Below are positions 10,258 through 23,563 of a DNA stretch of 64,000 nt, in pieces. The DNA is from Macrostomum lignano. Its lineage: Eukaryota. Position 1 is the first letter of the stretch; each line of letters begins with the position of its first letter. The position numbers were made by a program, and so were the translations under genes. The notes below the pieces were generated by a model. That model saw only the letters and a program-made list of their open reading frames with translations, made no database searches and was not told the DNA's origin. The stretch covers positions 327,627-391,626 of the forward strand of contig NIVC01000989.1 in assembly GCA_002269645.1 (NCBI GenBank). The letters run 5' to 3'.

Positions 10258-12976
10258 GGGAGTTACCTGCTAACACCGACATTGATGAAGGGTTGGAAAA
10301 GCTTTGAAATAGACGCCCAGACTCAGCGTTCGACGTTAATATCACAGCGATCCACGGGCGGCCCGGGTAGTGGCAGCGGCAGCGGCCTCAGCTCCGGTGG
10401 AATGCCGCAAAGAACTCGCAGCGTTGATGCCAGAAATCTTCCAAGCAGTAGTGGAAGCAATCAACAGTTGCAGCAACAGCAGCAGCAACAGCAACAACAA
10501 CAGTTGTCATTGATGCAGCAGCTACCAATTCAGCAACAACAGCAGCAGCAGCAACAGCAAGCTCATAAGCACCGACCGTCGATTTGCAACGACAACAACG
10601 TGCTGCTAAACGCGGAGACTCTGTCTGACGAGCGGACCCAGGCTCTGATGCTTGCTGTTCTGGTAAGGTTTTTTTGTTCTGGCTTTGGGAATGTTAAGTT
10701 GCCCCATTACGGTTTAGTTGTATGACTAGCGCGTGTAGCCCCTTCGGGGGCTGGTCAAGATATCAAAAGTTGATTCGATCTGTGCTGTGGATTCGATGCT
10801 TTAAAAAGCACCAAGGTGTATATGATTCCTTTCTAATACTCGTCCTCTTTCACTACAGGTAACAATGGTTCGCAATACTACGGACGAGAACGAGTCAAGA
10901 ATCCTTTATGAATATCTGGCCGAAGCAAGCGTTGTCTTTCCAAAAGTATTCCCCGTTATGTAAGTCTATTTTTTAATAACTATGTCGCAGAATTAAATTT
11001 TCGATTAAACTGTACCTCAAAGTACATGCATAATTCTTCTTTTTCAGCCATTCCTTAATCGACGCCAAGATTAACTACGTTCTGGCCAACTGTCACGATC
11101 ACGTGATTCTGAACGCGGTGCACAGCATCATACAGAACATGATTTGCACAGAAGAGCCGTCGCAACAGCAGCTCAGCTATTTGCAGAGCATCGGATTTGG
11201 TGGCCTGTGGCGCTTTTCCGGACAGTTCACAAAGGTAATATGCTAATAAAGTACAAAACGAACTTTCACTGCTTTCACTTTGACAATTAAATGTATTCCT
11301 AATTTTTTTATTATCCTGATCATTAAGACGGTTCAAATTACCACTCGTAGCTCCGCAGGTCAATGCATTAGAACCAACCAACTACGCTCGTACTGTAAAT
11401 TGGTTTTAAGTTATTTACGACTCATTTAAATCGTTGCATTAATGAAACATGCAACCTAACTATCACCATTTTCCAGGCCAACCAAAATAAGGATCACGCT
11501 GAACATTTTGTCAACCTGTTGGAAGCCATGGTCGAAACCTATCTACCACCAGACGACCTGGAGCTTCGACCGGCATTTCGACTCAACATAGCGGCCGGAG
11601 GACGGAACATGTCTGGCTCGCTGTCCAGCCTGAGTCTGGGCAGCCTGCAGAGCCCTACTGAGAAAATGGGACAGCGATGCAGCGGCGGTGAGCAATTGCA
11701 GCCTTAGGGTGGTTAAGACGGCGCCCTTTTAGTGACAAGCTTTGAAGTCTACTTTAAAGTTGCCATATTTGCATATCAAAGTGAAAGTTCTATTATCTGA
11801 CTGATGTCTACTGATTACTAATACATAAAATAAGTTAAATTTAGCATCATAACTTCAAATGATCCTTACTACAATCGCAAATCATCACCTACATGTATGC
11901 ACTAAAGTATTATGATAAAAAACTTTTTAATGCAAATCTCATAGATTACGAGCGTAGGTCAGCTGCAAATGAATTTTTAAGCCAACTGTTGATATTTTCA
12001 TCATTTGTGATTTATTAATAGATTATTAATCAAAAACATCCTCGCTATAGCCATCCTAGAGCAGAATTTGATGATTGTTACTAAAAGGGCCGTTTTAATA
12101 ATTATTTTGCATGTTAAACAAGTATGCTTCGTTGAGCCTCTCCGATTAGAGATTTCAATGTCAAAAGTCACAGAAAAAGCTGAATTTGAGACTAATAAGC
12201 AAAATTAGTTGTTGGAGATTTGTTACATTTGGGAACAGGAGGCGCCAAAATTTTGTCAACGCCAAGCCAACTCATTGCCTAGCTGAGCCTTTCCAAAGTA
12301 ACAAAATGTCAAACAGAATTTCAGTTTGCATTAATCTCGACATGGTTAAATTATTTATTGATGTTTTGTCAGAATCAAAACTAATAGTCAGTCTAATCAA
12401 AACTAATTCAAAACTGAAAATATAGGACAATCGGACCTACTGAACTTGGGCTCCGTGGTTTCATCCGTCTCAGCTGCCGGCGGCGCAGCTGCGGTAGCAA
12501 TTGGCGGCGACCATTCGACACAATCGGGCTCGCTGGCCTCGCGAATGCGTCACGGATCTTCTAGCAGCCATCACACTGCAGCGGCTGCCGGTCGCCTTAT
12601 TCGACAGGGCAGCACCAGCAGCGGCACTCAGGTCAGCGACCTCTCACCGACGCTGTCCACCTCAACGCCAGCGACTGCACCGGCACCAGCACAGCCGGCT
12701 CTGCAGTCCCGACCGGCCATGCCAACAGTATCGGCGCGACCACCGCCTTTAGTGAAAATTAGTCAGGACAGTTTTCAGCACGACGAACCGACAGGTCACG
12801 ATCCGACCGGAATTACTAATACTACTGTGAGTAGTAATCAGCATGTGCAGGATGAGCAAATAGCCTTAGCCGGAAGCGACGGTGGCAGCAGCGCGGGAGA
12901 ATCGCTCTACAACAGAGCTGCTGGAGGTCATGTGAACCCGTTGATGGCTAAAGGACTGTCGGAAAGTCAGGACTGA
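10258..12976 (+). CDS. NF1: Neurofibromin C-terminal exons 10258-10662, 10859-10959, 11048-11234, 11477-11687, 12426-12976 (stop)
   Basis: The spliced translation NVLLNAETLSDERTQALMLAVL-VTMVRNTTDENESRILYEYLAEASVVFPKVFPVI-HSLIDAKIN...YLQSIGFGGLWRFSGQFTK-...LLEAMVETYLP matches the conserved NF1 C-terminal domain (human RILYEYLAEASVVFPKVFPV, GFNGLWRFAG). GT-AG phases are consistent. Confidence 0.95.
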
Positions 12977-15152
12977 TAGATATTAAATAATATCTGTTCG
13001 AGGTGTTGGAGAGCTCTATTTACACGTAAATGCAAGTAAAGTACATTGGAGTTTCCTACTGAGCTTATGTAGTAACACAAAAATGTGTATTTTTACGAGT
13101 AAAGATAAATGTGTTTGTCTCAAGACTTGCGTCTGCGCTTTTAAACCATCTATTTCTATTGTGACCTTTGTTGAGCTTACTTTTTGTTCTGCTTTTGTGG
13201 TTCCCATTTTGACCGTTTAATGACACACTATTTTTATTTTTGCAAACGATTTTGTTGATAGCTGCACCTGTTGCACATGCACAGGAATATTGCAATCCGA
13301 TTTTTGCTTTTTGCATTGTTTGTTATAGAATAATTATTTATGACGTAATTTTACTTGACGAGAAGATTCCAAAGACAATTGTTACGAAGGTATGTTTGCT
13401 CTCACCTAAGATATAAGTTTCTAATATTCTCTTGGGGAGAATTAACTATCAGCCATAGAAGAATCTCCCTTATAATTAAGTTACATTAAAATGCAAGAGA
13501 TCAATGTGTTCAGAGCGTGTCCACTTGGATTCGCAGCTGAAGAATTAATTGTTTCTTGCAACCAACACGTGTATAGCCTGACACGTGTCTAAAGTGCTTA
13601 CGAGCGTACGATCAAGAGCGACGCGGTGGAATAGAAACAATATATAGTCAGTTTCTGTATAGGCAAAAGGACAGGCCACAGCCCCACTTTTGTTCAATTG
13701 GTAACATTGTGAAAATTAACCGAGCTTATTTGTAGATGACGTACATTGACGTAGATTAGTCTTTTTGTCTTACTAGTCGGCCATCTTTTCTGTGTTTTCC
13801 TCGTTGTGTCTTAACTATATAATTAAAAAATATTTGTTTCAGTCCTGAAAGCGCAGTCAGCTGTGTACGAGTATTAAGTTTAAGGTATATATTTACCCTG
13901 AACATTATAATATTATATTATTCCTAAATGGTATCTTGATTTTTCTGAACCTTTTTTCCACTTTGTAACGCTGTGTTGCGAGCGTAGTTAATCGATTTTA
14001 TTACTGGTACTTACAGCTTTGTAGATGTGCATCGGTAGAATTAATGAATATTTTTGCAGATTTGTTTTTCATTTATTCTTCTTTTGCATTTGTAAACGAA
14101 TATTTTTTATCAGTCAACGAGGACTCGTTTTGTTTAACCCGTTTCAGGATTGGACAAGACGTTTTGCTTCTTATTCGTTCAACATTCGTTTGTTTTAACC
14201 TAATTTAAATAGAGCGCCATCTTGAAAGTAAACACTACCAGTATTGTCTGTTAAAACAATATTTGGACAAAATTCTTTTTTTGAGTTGTTCAAATCGGCA
14301 AATTTTATTTAGGCCGGCCCTGTTAACTGTTCTGTCAAAATTGATTTTTTAAATATTGTGCCCCGTATAAACATATTTTGTTAATTCCAGAAAGTTTTTT
14401 TTTCAAAACGAGTTAAGTCATTTTGATGGCAAGTTGATACCTCAGTCAGATTTTTAAAAAAATTTAAAGTAAGAAACTAATCTCTCATAAATGTTTTTAC
14501 TGTTGTTCGGATACTGGGCTGTATTGTTGTGTTAATTCTGTTAACTCGCTATATTGTAATACTGATATACTGTAATACTGTAACTGATATATTAAAAAAA
14601 TCAGTTTATACTAAACGTTGATAAGATACAAGGAGGTTTAGGCAGTCTAGCATCGTTGTCTGTGTGACAAAAATGGCAACACTGAAGTCTTCAAGAAATT
14701 ATTTTGCTTTCTATAACATTTAAAAGTGATGAAAGATAATTGCTTGATCAAGATTAGCTAATACAACACTTGTACTGACTGTACGGTGTATTTGATCAAC
14801 TTATATTAGCCTACTCAGTCTATGCAGCAATTGCTTAAAACACAAATTCAACACTTGCATCTGACAGAGAAATTGTTGGAAAGTATCTGCATTTTTAGAA
14901 GCAATTAAATATACACATAGGTCTACTGTGCAGATAGTCTGATAGTAAGCGTTGATTAATATATGATAAATATTACTTTAAGACTTAAGTATATCAAGAG
15001 ACGAAAAAAAGTTTAACCACTGCTAATAACTCTATAACAGCAATGCTCAAAATAACTATAGATGAGTTGATAAATTATTAAATATGATAGACAACAGAAA
15101 AAACTGAATAAAATAAAATTTACCTCTAAGCTATGAGAACTTATTGTATAGC

Positions 15153-15386
15153 CAGGGACTACATACTCAATACTAGGGATAGAAAACTACAAGAGTTAGA
15201 GGCCGATCTATTAATAAATTAGTCCTAGAGAAGCATCGCTTGTATAGGTTTTTACCACAGACACAAACTTACTGACTACAAGGTAGATCCTATCTAAGTA
15301 ATGCTTTTTCGAAGACTAAGTTATTAATACGCTCGTAGATCGGCCTCTTATCTTTTGTAGTTTCCGTCCAGAGTATTGAGTCCCTG
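15153..15386. mobile_element. Old palindromic MITE with CAGGGACT termini
   Basis: ~15165-15250 and ~15290-15385 are imperfect reverse complements (e.g. AGAGGCCGATCTA / TAGATCGGCCTCT). TSD is not preserved. Confidence 0.6.
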
Positions 15387-15692
15387 CTTAAAACACGAGT
15401 AAGCTTGTTGTGGTTAATACAGTTTTAATAATAGGAGGAAAAGCAAGTCCTACATAATCAAACTAATTAATAAGGAAAATATTATTGTTGCATATTATGC
15501 ATTCAGGATACGACGCACAGACTTTTCACTTTTTATTGATGCTTTCAATTGGATATTAAGACATTCAGTGAAAACAGTACAGTAGGAATCTTAATGTTTA
15601 TGTTGATAAATTTACTAATCAGTAATCAGGGCAGTGTAACCATTCACATTATTTAATCCATGACAAGTTTATTTATATCACATATTGAAGCT

Positions 15693-18600
15693 TTAAACAC
15701 GATCCCATTCACGCAGAATAATGGCCATTGTGAGGTTGTGCAGCTGAGGCCCAATCAGAGGATTCTTCTGAGCCAGAATCATAATTAGCCAACTGAAATA
15801 GTAATGAGGTAGTGCTACTCGCTAATTACTATTAAAAACGAACATTTCGTAATAACTTGACTTTGCGCGAGACGGTAAATACTTTTGATTTAATATGCTA
15901 ATATTTTGTTTTACTACGCGAAATAAATCGGGGAATTATTTTTTTATATAAATGTATGGGGGCCGGGGGGACGACTATAGATAAGAGCGAATTTGTCAGA
16001 AATTCCTCCTTTGAGAGGAAAACTGAGCAGATTCTAAGAGCTCCTCAAAACCACTCGATAAGTTTAAGCTACAAACTTTCTTAGAGTTAAATGCGAGTTA
16101 TTCATTTCCAGAGTTCTGAGAATAGAATAGTTCGGATATACTTACTAAGAGAGGGAGTAGGGAGTTCTTTAAAGAGATACGAAGAGCCGCACCGTGACAC
16201 TCTAATCTCGGTAACGCTTGGATTGGAAACCAGTACATGTACCAGTAAAGTCCGCTCAGGCTATAATACGAGTGCATTAAACTGCTACCGTAATAGACTA
16301 AACTGCTACCATAATACAGTAGACCGCTAACAGATAAGTGTTATAATTTAACTATTAATTCTTAGAAATAAATTACATACTGTAATTTGTGGTAGGTGGG
16401 TCTACCATTGATTTTTTGGTCATTTCTCGAAATTTGCATGCGCGCGCGCAACTCCGTTGTTTGTAATCATTGTTGTTGCCCCGTGTTGGGACACCGGAGA
16501 GCAGGCACCGGCTGGTTCCCTGTCATCATGTCCCCCGATTGGTTCCACTCCTGGCCTCTCCGTTGGTCCCTTCCCTTCGCCTTTTTCTGGCCTAAGTCTC
16601 TCCATCCCTTGGTTGCTTGTCTTTTTTCTTTTAATTTTACTAGTAATCCTGCCTGCTCCACTGCCTGTCCCATTGCGTGCCCCACTTGATGAACCGCTTT
16701 TATGCTCAAAACTATACGTATATATACCTGTAACTTCCTTAACTTTTAATTCTTCTTATGCTTCTTCTTCTTATGCTATTACTTTTGCCCAGTTAGTTTA
16801 TTAACTATACTTCGTCTGGTCTAGCATTAACATTCTAATCTAATACTAGATTGTTAATCTAATACTCGCACCGCGGCACCTGAGGACGCAACTCAACATA
16901 AGCGGATACGCTGAATTAATATCCAGTTTAAACAATAATAAAAATAAACCACAATAAGCCCCTAGCATTGTCTTCAATAATTCGACCATGAAGCGTAACA
17001 TAACCGAATTCTCAACTCTAAGCAAGCTCTGAGAATCAAAAATACCATAATATGTAAATTACGGTGGTGGCAGCACTACGCTACTCTTAGTAAGCTTTGC
17101 CGCGAAATCAACGTACATTGAACTCCGGTGTCTGAGGACCCAAAGCTTGAACGACCGCGCCTATTTACGACTGCTTGACTACGATTTCAACTACCCTTCC
17201 CCTGGAATTGTGAACCCTGGCAGATGGAGTAACCAGGCGGAATTTTCTGAGATTTGACAGCGCAATCTGCTAGCTTGATTCGTGTGAACTCAACGCAGGC
17301 GGCACTTCAAATTTGCTAACCACCTCAACTTTTAAATTTGTTCCACAAACCGCCCCCACCTCCAACTGTTATTGAAGAAACCCCTAGTACAATCTGGTGG
17401 CATTAAAGGAATTTGTTAAGACAGAGGCAAAACGCCTATTAAAACTTGGTGATTTAATGGAGGGATATTGAAAAAAAGACAGAAGTAAGCCCTGGGACAA
17501 CTTGGTGATTATTCTAGAGTAGAGGTTTTAGGCCTATTACAAATTTGGTGGCAGCGGTGGCATAGAAGCAACAGACCTACAGTAAAAGAGTACAATATGA
17601 ACTTTAACAATAATGAAGTATTTGTTTGAAAACAATTGAAAAAATATGCAAACAAACAGTAATAGAACTTACAATAAGTAGCAACAGGCAGCAGTCAACA
17701 CAAGCATTGTCTGAATCAGTCTAAAAATGAAAAAAAGTTATTTAGGTTGTAAGTTTAAAATGCACTTTTTTAATTCATCTTTTGTAACTGTAGTTATTAT
17801 AATGAACAAAACAACATGCTGAACACAAGTGTGACATAGGCCTATACTAGTAGCTTATGAATATAATCAGATAACAGCTAATTAAAATCACAATAAAGAC
17901 TTTCCAAAAAAAGCTAAATTATTAAAAATTTATAATCCACCTATACTAAATCCATACACTAAAAATGGTTTGTTGGTTGGTATTTATGAGATTGTATCAT
18001 CTTGAATGCATATAGTAGTGTTCTACTACAAAAGCTATGGCTATGAATAAAATTATACAAGTTATGATTCCCTCTATATGTCAAAACTGTCAATTTACCA
18101 AGTTAGGAATGAACTGCTTATCACAAGGAATAGGTTTTAAGGGCTAATCTGCAAGGACTTAACAACAATGGATGTTACACCTGCAAATATTGGCAGAATT
18201 CCAAAAGGCCACTTTGAATGTATCTGTCTATGGTTTTAGTAGCCTTTTTGCTTAGTAATTCACATAGCAGCGTAGCATGATAGCCTATAAATCTAGCTTA
18301 GAGCACCAGGTAGACAAGAGCAAACAGTTAACTTCTTTGCATTCTCAGAATCTTTTGTTTCTTGCTTCAAATTCAATAACTCAATTAATACAAGATGCCA
18401 ACGAGTGTTGCAAACTCCAGACTGCATCAGCAGTACAAAAGCAGTGAAAGATGCACCATGTATTATTTTTCTGAAAGAAGAAGATAAGGTTGAATCCTGG
18501 ATGAAAGCTTTGCCATTGCAGCAAAGGAAAGGTAACATTTTACTGTACACGTGGGCATATGCCACAAGCATTGACCAGAGGATGCTAGAATGAAGCAAGT

Positions 18601-21600
18601 GGGGCCTCGACTCTCAATTGGCACATGGGTGGTCTCGGCACAGTTGGTACAGATTCCTACTATCAGAACATTGTTGAGACACATCTTAAGTGCTGCACTC
18701 CCTGACAGTGCATCTGTTTAACTATATTCAATGAGGTTTATGTACAACATTCTCTGTGTCTTTGTGGGTGTCATCTCATTTGATAGCCAGAGGATACTCC
18801 AGATAAGCTAGCATGCACAGGCATCCACATTTGTAGCCTGGCTCATCCCTATTTACAGTCTTAATCTAGAAATGTTTTCAACCAAGTAATTCATCTTATC
18901 TAAATTGTACACACATTTGGTGGGACAGTTGTGAATATGTGTGACAACCACTTTACTAAGTGTCTTTTACTTTACTTGACCACTTTGTTTTTTTGATGCT
19001 TTCATTTTGAGGACAGTTCATTGTCATCTTTGGTGACTTTGTGTTGCTTCATTTTAGACAAGTTCAGGAATTGCGCTACAAGCATACCAAGTATAATTAT
19101 TGAATAAGTGTAGTTCCCATCATTCGATATTCATTCTTGTTGCTATCTTAGCTACTTCCTCAATGCTTCTACACTTTAGAACTGCATCTAGGAATCCATT
19201 ATTTCTGGTATTTCTTTATTCTTTGTTAAAAAATTTCACCTTGTTCATCTCTTTGAGAAAATACAAAGGACTGGTAAGGATTCATGCATATAATTGGCTT
19301 TACTCACTAGACATTTAATTTCTATTAATGTATTATACACACTTGCTTCACAAGCAAAAAGGCTACTAAAACCATAACACCAAAATACATAAACCAAAAC
19401 ACATACATTCAAAGCAGCCTTTTAGAATTCTGCCAATATTTGCAAGTGTAATATCCTATGTTGTTAAGTAGTCCATGCTAATCTGACATACCACTGGTAC
19501 CAGGGTATCTAAGGCAAGGGTTGGCAAAATTTTACTTCAATGGCAAAATAGAGAATATAGTGCATGACTGTGGGCAAGAGAAGGGGGAGAGGACAGGAAG
19601 AGAGAAGAGAAAAAGGAAGAAAGAGAGGTAAGGAAAAGAAAGGAAAAGAGAAAAGGAGATGAGGGATAAAATAAGAGAAGAAAAGAAACAAAGGAAAGAG
19701 GAAAGGAGAAGAAAGAAGAGAAGAGGAAAGGAAAGGAGATTAGAGAAGAGAGCTGAGAAGAGATAAACCTTGAATAGGCTAGAAAAGGTTTTTGAGGGCC
19801 ATATGTGGCCTGCAGGCTTGAGTTTGCCAACCTCTAATCTAAGGATATAAAATTGCTAATTAGGATAATAGTATATTTTTAATAGACATGTAACTAGTCT
19901 TTTTTAATATTTCTATCATTATAGCTAACTATATAGAATATAAAAAATGATAAATATAACAAAATGGTACATATACCATGTTTATACTAAATTTTATCAA
20001 GAATATATAAGTATTGTCGTAGGGCTCTTAATTATTCCTTTTGCTAGCCTTACTAGCTGCCACCAAAGTTGTAATAAAGCTATTTCTCCTTAATAATTCT
20101 ACTGGTTATTAATTGTCTTTCTACTGGTAGCGCATGTACTTCTATCGGTAGTGTATGTACTTCTATTGGTAGCGTATGTACTTCTATTGTACTTTCTGGC
20201 CTGAGCGGTCTAATAGCACTGTCTATTCTATTCCTATGCTTCCCCTAATATTATTCTCTCAGTCCTGGGCGTTCCCTGGATCAGAGGGTCACAGCTTATG
20301 CTCTTTCTCTGCCCTGAGGCGATCTTCTCTCGTTATGAGGCGGTTCTCCTGCCCTGAGGCGAATTTACAATTTACTGCCCTGAGGCGGTTTCTCGCTTGT
20401 AGCGGTTTCTGATACTCCCAATTGGGGTTCTTATACTCTAAGAAATGATTAAGTCTTTAAGCAACTTCAATATTTAGAACGAACTAAATTTGCTTATCGA
20501 AAACCGAGAGGCAGCAAACGGTTGCTTCCTCGAGTCTGCTCAGCGTGTCTATTTATACCCAAAATTCGTTATAGTTTAAACAAAATAATAATTGCAGAAA
20601 TATTTTTGCAAACCACAACATTCAAACAAATATTTCGCGCAGATTTGAATAAAGGTTTTTCTAAGAAAGGCAAACATAAAACGAGTAAAATTTAAAAGTA
20701 TTAGAGCTATTATTAATGCCTGTCTCAGTATATATGTATATAAAAAATATAATATGCATTTTTATACAAAATAAACTGCTCCTCAATATGTTTGATAGGA
20801 TATGGTTTCATAATTTGAATAGTATATAAAAAGACTAAAGCCACTAAGCTTTGCAGACAAACCTGATTAACATAGGCTAGGCCTAGACCTAACTGACCTT
20901 GTTGACTAGTTGGTGTAATACTTATATTCATACTTGATTAATACTCAACTTTAACTCAAGAATTGTAAAACTTCATTGAAAACAAGCAATTAATGGTAAA
21001 ACTAATTTGTTTTTGCAATGTTTCATTTTATATATTTATTGTAGTATATATCTTACCATTGATATTAAAAGTAGTATAGGATTAGGGTTAAAGTAATTTT
21101 ATATGTAGGGTTAAGGTTAGACTTAGAGTTGGACCATGGTTAGGAAGGTACCCTTTTAAAGAAAATTCTAGCAAAGAAAATGGTCTAACACCTGGCACAT
21201 TATGGTTCTGCAATGTGACATAAGAAAAAAGCATATCTTGCATAGTGCCAAGTGGGAAAATAAAGTATACAAATCTTTGTAAAAATGGTTTATCTATAAC
21301 AATTTTTTACTTTCAGATATAAAATTTTTAGTATAACAAAATATTTTTTTAAAATAGCAAAGTTATTATTGTTTTTTTATTTTGTATTGAGCCAATTGGT
21401 GGCTCAGTGGATATGTCAATTGCCTTGTGATTTTGAGTAGCAGGGGTTTAAATCCCCAATGTTTGGAGATTTTTTTATTTGAAATTTTTTAGCAAATTGA
21501 AATTTTTTTCACCTTGAATTTTTTCAGGTTTTTAAATAAAATAAAATAATAAATTAAAATAAACTAAATTAATTTTTTTTAGTAAGAGTAACACTTAATC

Positions 21601-23563
21601 TTAAAGTGCGGCCGATATTTATCGAAAGAATATATCTTTTTCATATATAATTGTGGGCGCACTTTTTTAAGATTTTGTGTTAGTCTTAAAAATTTAATTT
21701 AATTTAATTTTTAAAAACTTTCAAGTTAAAAACCCCTCAACAACTTTTCTCTTTTTTCATCCCATCAATGATTGTATGGAGCCTTTAAGCTCCAATATTA
21801 GAGACACGGCCACCCACTGTGCCTCAAAGTATGAACCCAGTCAATATTAATGACACGGCCACCCACCGTGTCTCTAAGTGTGAATCCATTCAATATTAAC
21901 GACACGGCTGCCGTGCAAGTTTTATTGACATGGTAACTCTGTCTCTAATAGTGACTAGGTCCATACTTATAGACAGGGCAGCTGTGTCTATAATGCAGAA
22001 ACTTAGAGACATGGTGGCCGTGTGGCCATGTCTATAAGTATGGACCTAGTTACTATTAGAGACATAGCTGCCATGTCTATAAGTTTTTGCATTATAGACA
22101 CAATCACCATGTCTCTAAGTATGGCATTGAATAAAAGCATGCTTGAATACACTTGTATGATAGTTCTTTTATAAAGTGACAACTAAAAGTTTCTACAATT
22201 AACTAGTAAAAAAGATACCTAAAACAAAAACATTGCGTTTTCTTTTTTTTATTAATTATTTCCATTTTTTAAATAATATAGGTTTCATTTTTTGTAGTAA
22301 TTATTAACTGCACATCCAATGCTTATTGCATTGGTTTTGTGGTATAGCACAAAATTTTAGTGGCATACAATTTACTAGTCCTAGATAGCCAAATACTTTC
22401 CAGCATACATGTAACACAATCTGTAATATGCCATAGTCAGGAAGGTGGCCTCTGAGGGAGAAAATTCCCGCGCACACAAAGGGTCTCGGCGCACATTGGC
22501 GCACAAGCGCGGCGCATACAAAGGGTCTCAGCACACATTGGCGCACAAGCGCGGCGCACACAAAGGGTCTCAGCGCACATTGGCGCACCTGATACTCTGG
22601 ATCATCTAGTATATGCCCAAAAATTTGGGCATGCATTGGCCTTGCACGCCAAAATTAAGTGTGCACAATTGGCGTGCATCACTCCTGAGAAAAAAGTATG
22701 CGTACACACCTGGCGTGCACTTTATAGAATCACGGGTAAGAGTTATTGTAAAGTAGAAAAAGATGAAAAAAGTTCATTTTTAGGCGCAAATTTCAAGCTT
22801 TCCGGTTTTTTTCAGCTTGTAAAAGAGTATTTAAACAAATCTTTGCATATATAAACTTTCCGCTATAAATAGTATCGCCGAAAAAGCTTTAAAAGCAACA
22901 AAATTATCTAATAATAAGGGTCTATTACACAATTTAAAAAAGTCTTTTATTGTCACAACGTAAAAAAGGTCATTTATTGTCACAACACTGGCATATTTTT
23001 GGGAAGGGCGTGCACTAATTTTTTTTGGCCTGCAGTTGTAATTATTCAATTTTTTAATAACGGTGCACAGACGGCGCACAGATGGTGCACAGATAGCGCA
23101 CAGATGGCGCACAGATTGTCTCTCTAAAATTTATTCTGGTGCACACTCTGCCACCTTCCTGACTATGGGTAATATGGATTTAATGGGATAAAAGTGTAGG
23201 TATAGGCCTAGCTAGTATAAGCTGCATGCTATGATTAGGTTAGTTTTTATTCTAATTTTTTGGGTCTGATCATAAACTGAAGGAAAGCCAACAATTCTAT
23301 GGGATGGCTAAAAATCACTTCATTCAATACTGATACAATTTTCCATGATTGCTTTTTTAAATAGGTAGAAAAATATAAAACGTGGGTTAAATAAAAAGAC
23401 AAGAAAGTTTATAATACATTTAACCTAAACTACTATTTAATATAGGCCTAATCTTAAAAAAAACTTACCCCCGTTGGGAGCCGCGAGGAATGATAAAAGG
23501 CAAAACGCCACCAACAAGTAACCAAAAAATCGTAACAACAATGAATGCGATATCAAAGCTCAT
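15693..23563 (-). CDS. ATP6V0E: V-type proton ATPase subunit e, 80 aa. Exons 23563-23469, 17720-17673, 15792-15693
   Basis: Spliced product MSFDIAFIVVTIFWLLVGGVLPFIIPRGSQRG-LIQTMLVLTAACCYLF-WLIMILAQKNPLIGPQLHNLTMAIILREWDRV* has the family motifs (P..IP.G..RG, CCYLFW, AQ.NPL.GPQL). Canonical GTAAGT donors. Absent from the ORF track because the exons are tiny. Confidence 0.95.
18152..19477. mobile_element. Degraded cut-and-paste DNA transposon (hAT- or P-like) with ~100-bp TIRs and 8-bp TSD CTAATCTG
   Basis: Termini CAAGGACTTAACAAC.../...GTTGTTAAGTAGTCCATG. 18152-18255 is the inverse of ~19352-19477. Perfect TSD at 18144-18151 and 19478-19485. The interior is stop-ridden, with a possible hAT-like CNTRW motif on the minus strand (weak). 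Confidence 0.8.
19515..19836 (-). mobile_element. hAT-like MITE with internal AG/CT-rich tract (family copy 2, inverted)
   Basis: Ends CAAGGGTTGGCAAAAT...AGTTTGCCAACCTCTA. Perfect 8-bp TSD ATCTAAGG at 19507-19514 and 19837-19844. Confidence 0.85.
21390..21460 (+). pseudogene. tRNA-derived (SINE-like) head or tRNA pseudogene
   Basis: Perfect A box TGGCTCAGTGG (21400-21410) and near-B box GGTTTAAATCC (~21445-21455). No clean cloverleaf or anticodon was identified. Confidence 0.5.
21785..22125. repeat. MITE-like cluster of short direct and inverted repeats, including a 36-bp inverted pair
   Basis: 21940-21975 versus 22029-22064 are reverse complements at 35/36 positions. GACACGG/GACATGG...TGTCTCTAAG modules recur. 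Confidence 0.6.
22431..23168. mobile_element. Non-autonomous DNA transposon, TIR CCATAGTCAGGAAGGTGGC, 8-bp TSD GTAATATG
   Basis: Perfect 19-bp TIRs. TSD at 22423-22430 and 23169-23176. Internal GGCGCACA-rich subterminal repeats. Confidence 0.9.

Noticed and set aside
16396-16804. Hydrophobic/Pro-rich ORFs in V-ATPase e intron 2
   Set aside because: CT-rich low-complexity repeat sequence with no splice or homology support.
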